Made by a program: the position numbers and the translations under genes | Notes under the pieces: generated by a model | What the model was told of the DNA's origin: nothing | The model's input: the letters and a program-made list of their open reading frames with translations, nothing else | Databases searched by the model: none | Virus record (IMG/VR): IMGVR_UViG_3300028601_000027 | Location: 1 to 64,000 of that record | Strand: one strand, 5' to 3' | DNA length: 64,000 bases | Source of the DNA: a virus | Lineage: Duplodnaviria; Caudoviricetes | Shown here: positions 10,025 through 19,236 of the stretch, piece by piece | Layout: each line of letters starts with the position of its first letter | Numbering within the stretch: position 1 is the stretch's first letter

Positions 10025-10078
10025 TTGACAAAGCCCTAGTTGTTATGATAGAATAAATATCTTATACAACTAGGGCTT
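10025..10078 (+). promoter_or_regulatory. Promoter (TTGACA plus late-like AATAAATA) enclosed in a 13-bp inverted repeat upstream of the endonuclease
   Basis: TTGACA 10025-10030; AAGCCCTAGTTGT 10031-10043 / ACAACTAGGGCTT 10066-10078. Confidence 0.7.
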
Positions 10079-10096
10079 GTTTTGTGAGGAACAACA

Positions 10097-11842
10097 ATGA
10101 ATTACGTTGAATTTAAACACATATTAGAACAACAAATTTTAACTGTAAAGGGTGGTCTAAAATCTAGCCACACAAAAAATAATTATGCTAAGATTAAAAA
10201 CGAGTTTCCAGAATGGTATGAGTATGTAATTAGTAACACTCAACAATTAGATACAGAGTTAATAAAGGAAAAGATATATTGTTTATATAAGGGGATAGAA
10301 GAAATACCTAAATGTCCTGTATGTGGTAATACAATCCAGTTTCAACACTTTATGATGCCTTATAGGAAAGTTTGTTCACCCCAATGCGCAATTAAAATTA
10401 GAGAATACAATTACTCTAAGTTTTCAGATTCTATAAGTGAGACTAATGAAAAGTATTTAGCTATAGTGAATGAATGGTTAAGTTGTCCTCAAGAAACTAT
10501 AGTAAACGAATATGTTCCTTACACTAATATAATCGGTTTAGGGTATTTACTTAAGAATAAATCTAATTTGTTTTATTTGTTATGGAAAACTAAGGAAGTT
10601 ATCAAGTTGCCTAACAACATACAAAAACCATCAGATTTGGAAATTAAGTTAAGACAATATCATTTGTTAAATGACATAAAAGAAATTCCTAAGTGTAAGT
10701 TTTGTGGTGACAATGCGAGGTTTTATAATGGGAATAAGGGATATTCTGAAACTTGTGATAGTCGTGAATGTGAAAAGAAGCGTACTAGAGAAAGTAGGAG
10801 AAATACTACTAGAAATAAACTTCAGAACAATTTAATAGGATACACTATAATAGAGGGTTACACAGATAGATACACTCCAATCAAAATAAAACATGACGAA
10901 TGTGGTCACGAATTTTATTATAATTGTTGGAATGGTTCTCATGTTAGCCATCATTTCTTGTGTCCTAATTGTTATGGTGGCTCGTCTGAAGAATCACAGG
11001 TTGCTGAATACTTAGACGAACTAGGTGTGGACTATATCACCAATAATAAAAAGATACTAAATGGGTTAGAATTAGATGTAGTTATCCCTAAACATAATCT
11101 AGCTATAGAGTATGATGGTTTATATTGGCATAGTGAAGCGTCAGGTAAGGATAAGAATTATCACCTAAACAAAACTAAAAGGTGCGAAGAACAAGGCATT
11201 CAATTACTACATGTGTTTTCTTATGAGTGGAATGTCAAAAGAGACATAGTTAAATCTATCATAGCTTCTAAATTAGGAATCTATCATAACAAATACTATG
11301 GTAGGAAGTGTGTAGTAAAAGAAATAGACACTAAAACTAAAAACCAGTTTCTTGAGAAGAACCATATACAAGGAGCAGATAAATCTAAGTACAAATTAGG
11401 ATTGTATTATGATGAGGAATTGGTAAGTGTTATGACTTTTGGTAAAAGGAGTTTAGGTAAGGGAGATTCTAAGTTAGAACTAATTAGGTTTTGTAATAAA
11501 CTAAATTGTACAGTGATAGGTGGTGCTAGTAAATTGTTTAAGTATTTTTTGGGTAACTATGAGGTAGAATGTGATATTACTACTTACTGTGATAGAAGGT
11601 ATAGTGTAGGTGGGTTTTATGATAAGTTAGGGTTTACTTATAGTCATACATCTCAACCTAGTTATTATTATTTTAGAAACGATTTGGAAATGATAAATAG
11701 AAATAGGATGATGAAACATAAGATGAGTGCAATATTAGAGAACTTTGATTCTAACTTGACAGAAGTAGAGAACGCTAGAAATAATAAATATAATAGAATA
11801 TGGGATTGTGGAACACATGTTTATAAATATCATATCAGATAA
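10097..11842 (+). CDS. Free-standing homing endonuclease (Hef/Vsr-like, EDxHD-related) with Zn-finger repeats
   Basis: ELDVVIPKHNLAIEYDGLYWHSE nuclease motif, C-terminal GASKL...IWDCG domain, repeated PKCPVCG/PKCKFCG. Confidence 0.85.
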   Translation: MNYVEFKHILEQQILTVKGGLKSSHTKNNYAKIKNEFPEWYEYVISNTQQLDTELIKEKIYCLYKGIEEIPKCPVCGNTIQFQHFMMPYRKVCSPQCAIKIREYNYSKFSDSISETNEKYLAIVNEWLSCPQETIVNEYVPYTNIIGLGYLLKNKSNLFYLLWKTKEVIKLPNNIQKPSDLEIKLRQYHLLNDIKEIPKCKFCGDNARFYNGNKGYSETCDSRECEKKRTRESRRNTTRNKLQNNLIGYTIIEGYTDRYTPIKIKHDECGHEFYYNCWNGSHVSHHFLCPNCYGGSSEESQVAEYLDELGVDYITNNKKILNGLELDVVIPKHNLAIEYDGLYWHSEASGKDKNYHLNKTKRCEEQGIQLLHVFSYEWNVKRDIVKSIIASKLGIYHNKYYGRKCVVKEIDTKTKNQFLEKNHIQGADKSKYKLGLYYDEELVSVMTFGKRSLGKGDSKLELIRFCNKLNCTVIGGASKLFKYFLGNYEVECDITTYCDRRYSVGGFYDKLGFTYSHTSQPSYYYFRNDLEMINRNRMMKHKMSAILENFDSNLTEVENARNNKYNRIWDCGTHVYKYHIR

Positions 11843-11854
11843 GGAGAACCAATA

Positions 11855-12352
11855 ATGAGTTGTATATCAGATTTCGTAGCTAAGTTCCAACATGGGGCTA
11901 GAGCTAACTTATTCAGGGTAGATATTCCCGGTAAGATTAGTGAAGACTCTAAGTTTTATATTAAGTCTGCACAAACCCCAACTAAAACCATTAACAAAAT
12001 AGAAATGCGTTATAGGAATAACATTATCCCTGTAGCTGGTGATACTGCTGTTTATGATGATTGGACAGTAACAATCATTAATGATAATGATCATGTTATC
12101 CGTAAGGAACTTGAGGATTGGATGGAATTAATTAAATCTAATGATTGTACTCAAGGTGCAACTAATCAGTCTCAGTATTTCGCTACTGCACTAGTAACTC
12201 AAATTTTACCAAGTGGTGAAGATGGGGTTGCTTATGAGTTCCGTAATGTGTTCCCTAGTAACCTAGCCGCTGTAGAATTAAGTTTTGATTCACAAGATAC
12301 GGTTCAGGAATACTCAGTAACATTTGCTTATAGTTACTGGAAACGTGTTTAA
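11855..12352 (+). CDS. gp19: Tail tube protein (gp19-like)
   Basis: GARANLFRV...WTVTIIND...EYSVTFAYSYW; TATAAATA at 11822. Confidence 0.92.
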   Translation: MSCISDFVAKFQHGARANLFRVDIPGKISEDSKFYIKSAQTPTKTINKIEMRYRNNIIPVAGDTAVYDDWTVTIINDNDHVIRKELEDWMELIKSNDCTQGATNQSQYFATALVTQILPSGEDGVAYEFRNVFPSNLAAVELSFDSQDTVQEYSVTFAYSYWKRV

Positions 12353-12363
12353 TAGGTAGAACT

Positions 12364-12395
12364 AAGGGTAGGTGTTATTAGCACCTACCCTTTTT
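12364..12395. terminator. Rho-independent terminator between convergent genes
   Basis: Stem AAGGGTAGGTG / CACCTACCCTT plus T-run. Confidence 0.88.
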
Positions 12396-12396
12396 A

Positions 12397-12852
12397 TTAC
12401 TTACCTTCTTCGATTAGAATTTTAATTTGCTCAAAGATAGATGGCAACACTTTATCGTTTATTCGTTTTACTTCTTCCTCGTTCTTAATAGTAATGGCTA
12501 CTGGATTAGTAGTGTAATGTGATCCACCCCTACCTAGCACTTCTGCTGTTTCCTTTAGGGTGTATGCAGTCTTAACTAGTTCACAAAATTTCCACAAGTT
12601 TTTCTCAATGTTAGGGTTAAGGTTATAATCTTCCTTAAGGCAATCGTACATGTTCTTATTACGTTTTTCTGTGATTAGCTTAAAGCTACCATCCTTTAGT
12701 GTAAAGGCATGTGTTTTAGTTTGATAATCATGTAGATGATAATGCTCTTGGCTATTTCCTAGATAACCAAAACCCCAATACCAACCACAATCCCAACTAG
12801 GTTCCTCAAGATAGATTCGTTTATTATCTTCTTTGCGTGTACCGAAAACCAT
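12397..12852 (-). CDS. Hypothetical early protein (SWDCGWYWGFGY motif)
   Basis: ORF downstream of its own TTGACA promoter near 12930. Confidence 0.7.
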   Translation of the reverse strand: MVFGTRKEDNKRIYLEEPSWDCGWYWGFGYLGNSQEHYHLHDYQTKTHAFTLKDGSFKLITEKRNKNMYDCLKEDYNLNPNIEKNLWKFCELVKTAYTLKETAEVLGRGGSHYTTNPVAITIKNEEEVKRINDKVLPSIFEQIKILIEEGK

Positions 12853-12921
12853 TTACCCATAATTACCTCCATGTTTAATTTGTGTTACGTTCACTGTGAT
12901 TACACTGTAACAGGGTTAGGA

Positions 12922-13290
12922 TTACTTGTCAAGCAAAACATAGTCTTTATTCCAGCGACCAACATTGACCTCAACATAATGGCTACAATCAAAATAATCA
13001 ACCATTGCATCACTTTTGTCAAAATAGTGCTCACCAAACAGAAGGGGAACTACTTCTTTGAGAAAGTCTAGTGCTTTACCAGTAAAATGTTTTTCGTAAT
13101 GATAAGGATTGACTTGCATGTTACGTCTTTCTGTGTTCTCACCAAAGAAATCAATAGAACCCTTAGAAATATTCAGACAAATAGTGCTATGGTTTCTAAC
13201 AGAAAGAGTACCAGTTACACCGTACTTCTTAAGGATAGGTTTAACGTTAGCGGCGATTTCTTTTTTGTGATCTTGACTCATGTAAGCCAT
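12922..13290 (-). CDS. Hypothetical early protein
   Basis: ATG with GGAGG RBS; own promoter. Confidence 0.75.
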   Translation of the reverse strand: MAYMSQDHKKEIAANVKPILKKYGVTGTLSVRNHSTICLNISKGSIDFFGENTERRNMQVNPYHYEKHFTGKALDFLKEVVPLLFGEHYFDKSDAMVDYFDCSHYVEVNVGRWNKDYVLLDK

Positions 13291-13334
13291 AATTTACCTC
13301 CATGTAAAATTAACGTTTCGTTCACTGTGATTAC

Positions 13335-13373
13335 AATATAACAGGATACTCTTTATTTGTCAATAGATAAATA
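13335..13373. promoter_or_regulatory. Back-to-back early (minus: TTGACA-17-TATATT) and late (plus: GATAAATA) promoters
   Basis: TGTCAA 13358-13363, GATAAATA 13366-13373. Confidence 0.75.
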
Positions 13374-13410
13374 CATAGAAACGAATACTATCTTACAGGA
13401 AGGTTTAACT

Positions 13411-14148
13411 ATGGAACACTTTTATCACAATATGGTACGTAAGTATGTAATATCTTTTGGTCATTTGTTTTCTGATATCAATGTTATGCACACTGCTAGT
13501 GATGAAGAATCTGACCCCAAGGAGATAAATGTTCCTATTATCTATGCTACTAAGTCTAAAATGTATTATGAAATAAGAAAGAAAACAACAGAACGTGATA
13601 AGGCTATAGTAAACACTTATGTACCACGTATGGGATTTTTTATATCTGGTATGCAATATGACGCTACTAGAAAAAGAAACAATACCCTAAGAATGAAATT
13701 AGATGATGATAGAGAATTAGCTTATCCCGGTGTACCTTATAACTTTAATTTTGAGTTAGCTATTCTCACTAAGAAACAAGATGATTTATTTCAAATACTA
13801 GAACAAATAGGAGTAATGTTCACTCCTGATAGAACAGTTACCATTAAGGAAATAGATGGTATAGATAGAGATGTAAGTATCAATTTAGACACTGTTAGTT
13901 TAAGTTCTATCTTTGAGTATAGTGAAGATGAAAGTAGAACTATTAGTGCTGATTTAACCTTTACTCTTAAGGGTCACTTATATCCAAGAATTGATGGGGA
14001 ATATGATGGAGATGGTGACGGTAATATTATTAAAAGCATTATTAATAATTATGGTATTAACTTAAATGAGAACTTTGGAACTACAGTAGAACAGACACAA
14101 GAAACACCTGATTCTGAGATAATCAAGAATATAACTAACAACTGGTAA
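13411..14148 (+). CDS. gp15: Tail completion / sheath stabiliser (gp15-like)
   Basis: HFYHNMVRKYVISFGHLFSDI...VPRMGF...PYNFNFELAI...QILEQI; start moved from track position 13357 to ATG 13411. Confidence 0.88.
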   Translation: MEHFYHNMVRKYVISFGHLFSDINVMHTASDEESDPKEINVPIIYATKSKMYYEIRKKTTERDKAIVNTYVPRMGFFISGMQYDATRKRNNTLRMKLDDDRELAYPGVPYNFNFELAILTKKQDDLFQILEQIGVMFTPDRTVTIKEIDGIDRDVSINLDTVSLSSIFEYSEDESRTISADLTFTLKGHLYPRIDGEYDGDGDGNIIKSIINNYGINLNENFGTTVEQTQETPDSEIIKNITNNW

Positions 14149-14160
14149 GGGGTAACTTAA

Positions 14161-14652
14161 ATGTCATACAATTTATCTGATTTTATTAGTAGATTTAAGA
14201 TTGGTGCTAGGTCTAACTTGTTTCGTGTTGAGATAGATGCGTTAGGCCAAAATTGCCAGTTTATGTGTAAGGGGGCGCAAATCCCCGGTAGGTCTGTGGG
14301 TAAAATGCCTATAGCTTATCTTGATACCCAATTTTATTTAGGTGGAGATACTACTTATCAAGATTGGACTGTTTCTGTATTAGTAGATACTGATTTTAGT
14401 ATTAGGTTTATGTTAGAAGAGTGGATGAATAAAGTTAAGGGGCAAGGGGCTTCTACAGGCTATTCTGGTTTAGGTTACATGATGAATGGTAGAGTTACAC
14501 AAATGGATGCGCTAGGAAATGATATTGTTACTTATGTGTTATATAATATGTTCCCTATCGATATATCACCTATTGACCTAAATTGGGAAACCCCATCTAC
14601 TATAGAAGAATTTCAAACTATATTCAGTTTTTCTCATTTCGGTAAAGAGTAA
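14161..14652 (+). CDS. Second tail-tube-like protein (gp19 paralog)
   Basis: GARSNLFRV...WTVSVLVD...EEFQTIFSFSHF closely parallels 11855-12352. Confidence 0.8.
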   Translation: MSYNLSDFISRFKIGARSNLFRVEIDALGQNCQFMCKGAQIPGRSVGKMPIAYLDTQFYLGGDTTYQDWTVSVLVDTDFSIRFMLEEWMNKVKGQGASTGYSGLGYMMNGRVTQMDALGNDIVTYVLYNMFPIDISPIDLNWETPSTIEEFQTIFSFSHFGKE

Positions 14653-14725
14653 TAATTACAATGGCTTACAATAAAAGATAAATACTTAATAATTACAAAT
14701 GTTTATCTTTTAAGGAGATGATAAA

Positions 14726-15142
14726 ATGAAAAAGAGAACTGGATTTGAGGAAAAACTAGGAATCGAGGAAGAGGAAGAATCACCAGTAACCTTAGAGGAA
14801 GTAAACGTAGTATCTAGGGGGTCTAAGGATGACTTAGGAGATGACTATAAGAAGATACGTGAAGCTACCATTAAGACAATAATTAGAACTGGTGAGATTA
14901 TAGATGAGTCAGCTATTAACATTAAACAAGGTGCAAACGGTATGATGGTAAAAGCCTATGCCGACTTAGTTAAGAGTATGAAAGATAACACTATGGCATT
15001 GCTTGAAATGCACCGTGAGATTAGAAAACTAGAAGGTGAAAAGAAAGACGAATCCGAAGAACAAAATAGTAACACAGTAAAGACTAGTGTAAATGAAATC
15101 ATAGAGTTAAATAAAGAAAGACGTAAACGTTCCAATTCATAA
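14726..15142 (+). CDS. terS: Terminase small subunit (gp16-like)
   Basis: DDYKKIRE...KAYADLVKSMKD...REIRKL pattern; GATAAATA at 14677. Confidence 0.72.
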   Translation: MKKRTGFEEKLGIEEEEESPVTLEEVNVVSRGSKDDLGDDYKKIREATIKTIIRTGEIIDESAINIKQGANGMMVKAYADLVKSMKDNTMALLEMHREIRKLEGEKKDESEEQNSNTVKTSVNEIIELNKERRKRSNS

Positions 15143-15151
15143 GGAATAATA

Positions 15152-16111
15152 ATGTATACTAATAATATTACACAGTACCTATCTATGATAAAGAAAAGAG
15201 GATTAGCAGTAAACAATCTTTATATGGTAGAGATTAGTTTACCTACTGCCTTAATGTCAATGGGTGCTAAAATGTACATGTCTGGATATTCTAACCAACT
15301 AGACACTAATAAGGAAATAAATAACAATAGTCCTCTAGCTGGTCTTATTAATCCAGAAAAATATTCTACTGGTATGAGGAATATTATTAATAGTTTAGGA
15401 TTAGGGAAAGATGAAAAACCAGCTAGTCCTATCGGTAATAGAATGCACTATAACACTACTGAAAAGGTTTGTGTATTATGTGTAGCGGCTGAGTTGCCAT
15501 TTTATAAACAAAAAGTAAACAACGCTTTCTATAACCACATGACTCATAAGATGGTGACAGGTATAGATACTGACGCTATTAACCTTGTGTTTTATATTGA
15601 TAGAGATAATCTAGTCCTAACCATGTTTGAAGCATGGCAAAATTTGATTAACAACACTCAACAAGAAAATCAAGTTGAGGGTATGTTATCCTATAAGTCA
15701 GAATATGCCGCTAATGAATTATCCATATCTCTTATCAATAAAAGTTATACTGACCCTAGAAATACTTACCAAGATGGAGAATTAGAAAAGTATTATACTA
15801 CGACATTGGTTGGCGCTTTCCCTAGTTTCATTAATCCTATTAGGGTTAACAATGGTACTTCTGAATTATTACAATTACAGGTAACTATAGAGTATGATAA
15901 GATTAGACATAAGGCTATGGACTTGACTAGTGAAGACCCTGTATTTGAAAAGGAAATTGCTACTGGCTTCAATATAATAGACATGAAAAACAAAATGGGT
16001 GATGCTATTAGTGAAGGCAGAAACATGATAAATAACGTTAGAAACGATGTTAAAACTGGCGCTGGTGTTGTAGATGAAGTATCTAGAACCGCTAGAAATA
16101 CTTTAAGATAA
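15152..16111 (+). CDS. Baseplate tail-tube initiator/cap (gp54/gp48-like)
   Basis: Tube-like fold motifs (NLYMVEI...FEAWQNLI...AFPSFI...LQVTIEY). Confidence 0.6.
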   Translation: MYTNNITQYLSMIKKRGLAVNNLYMVEISLPTALMSMGAKMYMSGYSNQLDTNKEINNNSPLAGLINPEKYSTGMRNIINSLGLGKDEKPASPIGNRMHYNTTEKVCVLCVAAELPFYKQKVNNAFYNHMTHKMVTGIDTDAINLVFYIDRDNLVLTMFEAWQNLINNTQQENQVEGMLSYKSEYAANELSISLINKSYTDPRNTYQDGELEKYYTTTLVGAFPSFINPIRVNNGTSELLQLQVTIEYDKIRHKAMDLTSEDPVFEKEIATGFNIIDMKNKMGDAISEGRNMINNVRNDVKTGAGVVDEVSRTARNTLR

Positions 16112-16123
16112 GGGAGAATTAAC

Positions 16124-16834
16124 ATGGCATTGGATTTTGATTTTACACCGCATTATAATTTGGTTTTACCTATTTCTAAGGAGAAAGTAGAATACAGACC
16201 ATACTTAGTAGGGGAAGAAATATCATTCCTCACCCACTTAGAAACTGAAGATGCTACTGACTTAGTAGGAGCAATATTGAACTTAACTAAGAATTGTATT
16301 AAGGATAAGTCTGTATTTGAAAATATGAACATTGTAGATTTCACTTATCTCACAGCTAACATTAGGGCTAAGAGTAAGGGAGAAGAAATAACTATCCCTA
16401 GAACTTGCCCTGAATGTAAATCACAAATAGAAACTGTTTTTGATATTAGTAAGGACTTAAAAATCAAAAATGAAAAGAACACTAAAATAGTAGTTCCTGT
16501 TTCAGATGATATTAGTATTGAGATTGGCGTGTTACCTTATAACCACTTACTAGAAATAGTAGGGGTAGAATCTAAGGATGAGACTGCTAATAGCGAATCC
16601 CTAACAATAGCGTCATGTATAAACAAGGTAGTACATAAGGGTAAGATATATTCTAACCTATCATTAGAAGACATTTATAATGATGTAGTTAAGAGAATGT
16701 CTGCTACACAGTTAGAGAAACTAGTAAAGGAAATGCGTAACTTACCTATTATCTATGGGGTAATAGAATTTAATTGTCAATGTGGATATAAGGAAAGGGT
16801 TGAGGTGGATAACGTGTTGAATTTTTTATCCTAA
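16124..16834 (+). CDS. gp26: Baseplate hub assembly protein (gp26-like)
   Basis: YNLVLPISKEKVEYRPYLVGEE...IRAKSKGEE...CPEC...CQCG. Confidence 0.9.
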   Translation: MALDFDFTPHYNLVLPISKEKVEYRPYLVGEEISFLTHLETEDATDLVGAILNLTKNCIKDKSVFENMNIVDFTYLTANIRAKSKGEEITIPRTCPECKSQIETVFDISKDLKIKNEKNTKIVVPVSDDISIEIGVLPYNHLLEIVGVESKDETANSESLTIASCINKVVHKGKIYSNLSLEDIYNDVVKRMSATQLEKLVKEMRNLPIIYGVIEFNCQCGYKERVEVDNVLNFLS

Positions 16835-17004
16835 TCTTCAGCTACAAGGATGCACAAGCGTGGTATACCGAGTTAGCTGATTTTGTTAGGTATAGCGATT
16901 ATTCCCTCAGCGAAACCAAAAACATGTTACCGTATGAAATTACTATTTTCCAAAGTCTACTAATATCTCAGAAACAAGAAGAACAAAACGCAAGACAACA
17001 ATAA
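16822..17004 (+). CDS. gp51: gp51-like ORF lacking its own start, probably reached by -1 frameshift from gp26
   Basis: ...YSLSETKNMLPYEITIFQSLL motif; frame opens at T-TTT-TTA (16822-16828). Confidence 0.65.
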   Translation, partial: FFILIFSYKDAQAWYTELADFVRYSDYSLSETKNMLPYEITIFQSLLISQKQEEQNARQQ

Positions 17005-17014
17005 GGATTAAGTC

Positions 17015-18913
17015 ATGGAAGAGTTAAAAAACATATTCAACAATACTAATGAACAAGTCACTATAAGTGTAGAGATGCGTGACGAAATTAGGGCATTGAC
17101 TGATATTGTTGATCACTTCAAATCTATGGCTATTTCTCAGCAAGATTCAATTAAGAATACTATTACTGAAACTAATGAAACTATTAAGGAAATTTATAAT
17201 GCTAACTGGTTTATTCATACCGAAAATGATAAGAACCTAAAATCTATCAATAAAAGTATAGATAATTTAGGTAAAATCAATAATAAATTTGTTGAGCAAC
17301 TACAAGCTGATAAGGATATACCTGATTACTTAGAAGAACAACGCGAACACTCTAAATTATATCAAAGCCAAATGACTAATAAATTATTAGGTGAATTGTT
17401 AAAGGAAGTTAAAAAAAGCAAGATTAGTGCTAGAGTTGATGGAGATAAGGGTGGATTGTTTAGTGGTGTAAGTGGTGGCTTAATGGGTATGTTAGGCTTA
17501 GGTGGGGGTGCAGTTGCTACTGGTGGAGTTCGTAAAGGAGTCAAGGGTGTTAGATCACTTAAGATGCTACTGAAGGGCGGAAAGCTGTTGACAGGGATAA
17601 CAGGGGTAGGTTTGCTTGGAGTAGCGGCGGATGAGTTGTTTGGTATTTCTGACATGTTGATTGACGAAGTGACCGAAGCGTACACAGGTCAAGAAGTCAA
17701 AAGAGAAGAAAAAACTGTAACAGATAGACTAAAAAACATTGGAAGGTTAGTTCAAGATGCTAGATATCAAATTGATAAATTTACTCCAAATTTTTTAAAA
17801 GAACACCATTACTTAGTTCAAGCTACTGATTCTCTTTGGGATTGGGTAAATGAAGCTACAGGCTATGAACCTCCTGACAAATCAAATAATACAGGGGTAA
17901 TGAATAAACTAGCCCAATTTGGTGGTTTTTTTCAACAAAATAACCCTATGGATTTGATGAAACAGCTATACACTGACCAAGACGCTTTCAATAAAACATT
18001 AGACAAGTTTACAGGAATAGCTCTAGGAGAAACAATAGATGCTGTTGATGAAGCTAAGAAGGGAGCAGAGAAACAATCTCAACAAAACAAAAAAGACAAA
18101 TTACAAGAAATACAAAATGAGAAGAAGTTAGATACTCAATATCAGCCATCAGCTAATGAACTTAAACCTACACCAGAAATAGACAAACAATTAGCTGACT
18201 ATTTAGCTAACAGAGATGAAAGAATAGAAGAAGCTAAGAAAAACAATGAAGATGGCAAGAGAATTAAGGTTCCACCTAGAAGTTCTGAATACAATCTACA
18301 AGATAAGATTAATGAAGTAGCTAGAAACTATGGTATTGAACCTAGCTTATTCAAAGCAATGATACAATCTGAAAGTAGTTTTAACCCTAATGCAATATCA
18401 GAAGATAATGCTTATGGGTTAGGTCAAGTTAGAGAAATTGCCGCTAAAGATGTAGGCGCTGATTGGGAAAGGGTTAAAACTGATCCGTATTACAATTTAG
18501 AGACTAGTGCTAAGTACCTTAAGAAACAATTAGATGCTTTTGGTGGGAATAAGAGATTAGCCCTAAGTGCATATAATGCTGGTCCTACTGCTACTAGGAG
18601 AGCTGGCGGTGTAGCACAAAATACTGAAACTAAAGCGTATGTCGCTAAAACATTGGCCACACAAGAAAAGTATAAGGCTAGAGAAGAAGCTGTTAGGGCT
18701 AATAGAGAAAAAGAACGTACTACACAATTAAGAAATATGGGTGTTGCAGAAAATACACCACAACCACAAGAACCTAGTACCACTTACATCAATGCACCTA
18801 ACAATAATAACAACATCCAATCTGACGAATCGTTAACTAGAATTAATCCTAGTTCTCCCTTTGATTTGACTTATGCTAAGTTAATGTTTAATCCTAATTA
18901 TAACATAGTTTAA
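17015..18913 (+). CDS. Tape measure/baseplate hub protein with lytic transglycosylase (SLT) domain
   Basis: Coiled/Gly-rich N-terminal half; YGIEPSLFKAMIQSESSFNPNA...GLGQV...AYNAGP. Confidence 0.82.
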   Translation: MEELKNIFNNTNEQVTISVEMRDEIRALTDIVDHFKSMAISQQDSIKNTITETNETIKEIYNANWFIHTENDKNLKSINKSIDNLGKINNKFVEQLQADKDIPDYLEEQREHSKLYQSQMTNKLLGELLKEVKKSKISARVDGDKGGLFSGVSGGLMGMLGLGGGAVATGGVRKGVKGVRSLKMLLKGGKLLTGITGVGLLGVAADELFGISDMLIDEVTEAYTGQEVKREEKTVTDRLKNIGRLVQDARYQIDKFTPNFLKEHHYLVQATDSLWDWVNEATGYEPPDKSNNTGVMNKLAQFGGFFQQNNPMDLMKQLYTDQDAFNKTLDKFTGIALGETIDAVDEAKKGAEKQSQQNKKDKLQEIQNEKKLDTQYQPSANELKPTPEIDKQLADYLANRDERIEEAKKNNEDGKRIKVPPRSSEYNLQDKINEVARNYGIEPSLFKAMIQSESSFNPNAISEDNAYGLGQVREIAAKDVGADWERVKTDPYYNLETSAKYLKKQLDAFGGNKRLALSAYNAGPTATRRAGGVAQNTETKAYVAKTLATQEKYKAREEAVRANREKERTTQLRNMGVAENTPQPQEPSTTYINAPNNNNNIQSDESLTRINPSSPFDLTYAKLMFNPNYNIV

Positions 18914-19173
18914 CCATTAGGAATGATATACACTTCAGGGTCAGGGAATCCCGTAATACTTGGGGTTCCCTTTTCTCTATGCACTAATAATACCCCATCA
19001 GTAGAATAGAAATTACCTTCTAAGATAATATCACCTATATGAACTTTGCGGTGACAATTACAACATAGATAAGTTATGTTTTCTTTCTTATTACTTCCGC
19101 CTTTACTTCTACTTTGTATATGATGTTTATCTAGTGAATTGAACCATTCCTCACATATATTACATTTACGCAT
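18910..19173 (-). CDS. Small HNH endonuclease
   Basis: CNIC...HHIQSRSKGGSN...LCCNCHRKVH; likely ATG at 19173. Confidence 0.85.
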   Translation of the reverse strand: MRKCNICEEWFNSLDKHHIQSRSKGGSNKKENITYLCCNCHRKVHIGDIILEGNFYSTDGVLLVHREKGTPSITGFPDPEVYIIPNG

Positions 19174-19212
19174 AAAAATACCCCTTACAAACACTTAGTC
19201 TATAAGGGGTAT
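19174..19212 (-). terminator. Terminator downstream of gp32
   Basis: Stem ATACCCCTTA / TAAGGGGTAT followed by TTTT on the minus strand. Confidence 0.6.
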
Positions 19213-19236
19213 TTATTCTTACTTAGTTATTACTTG

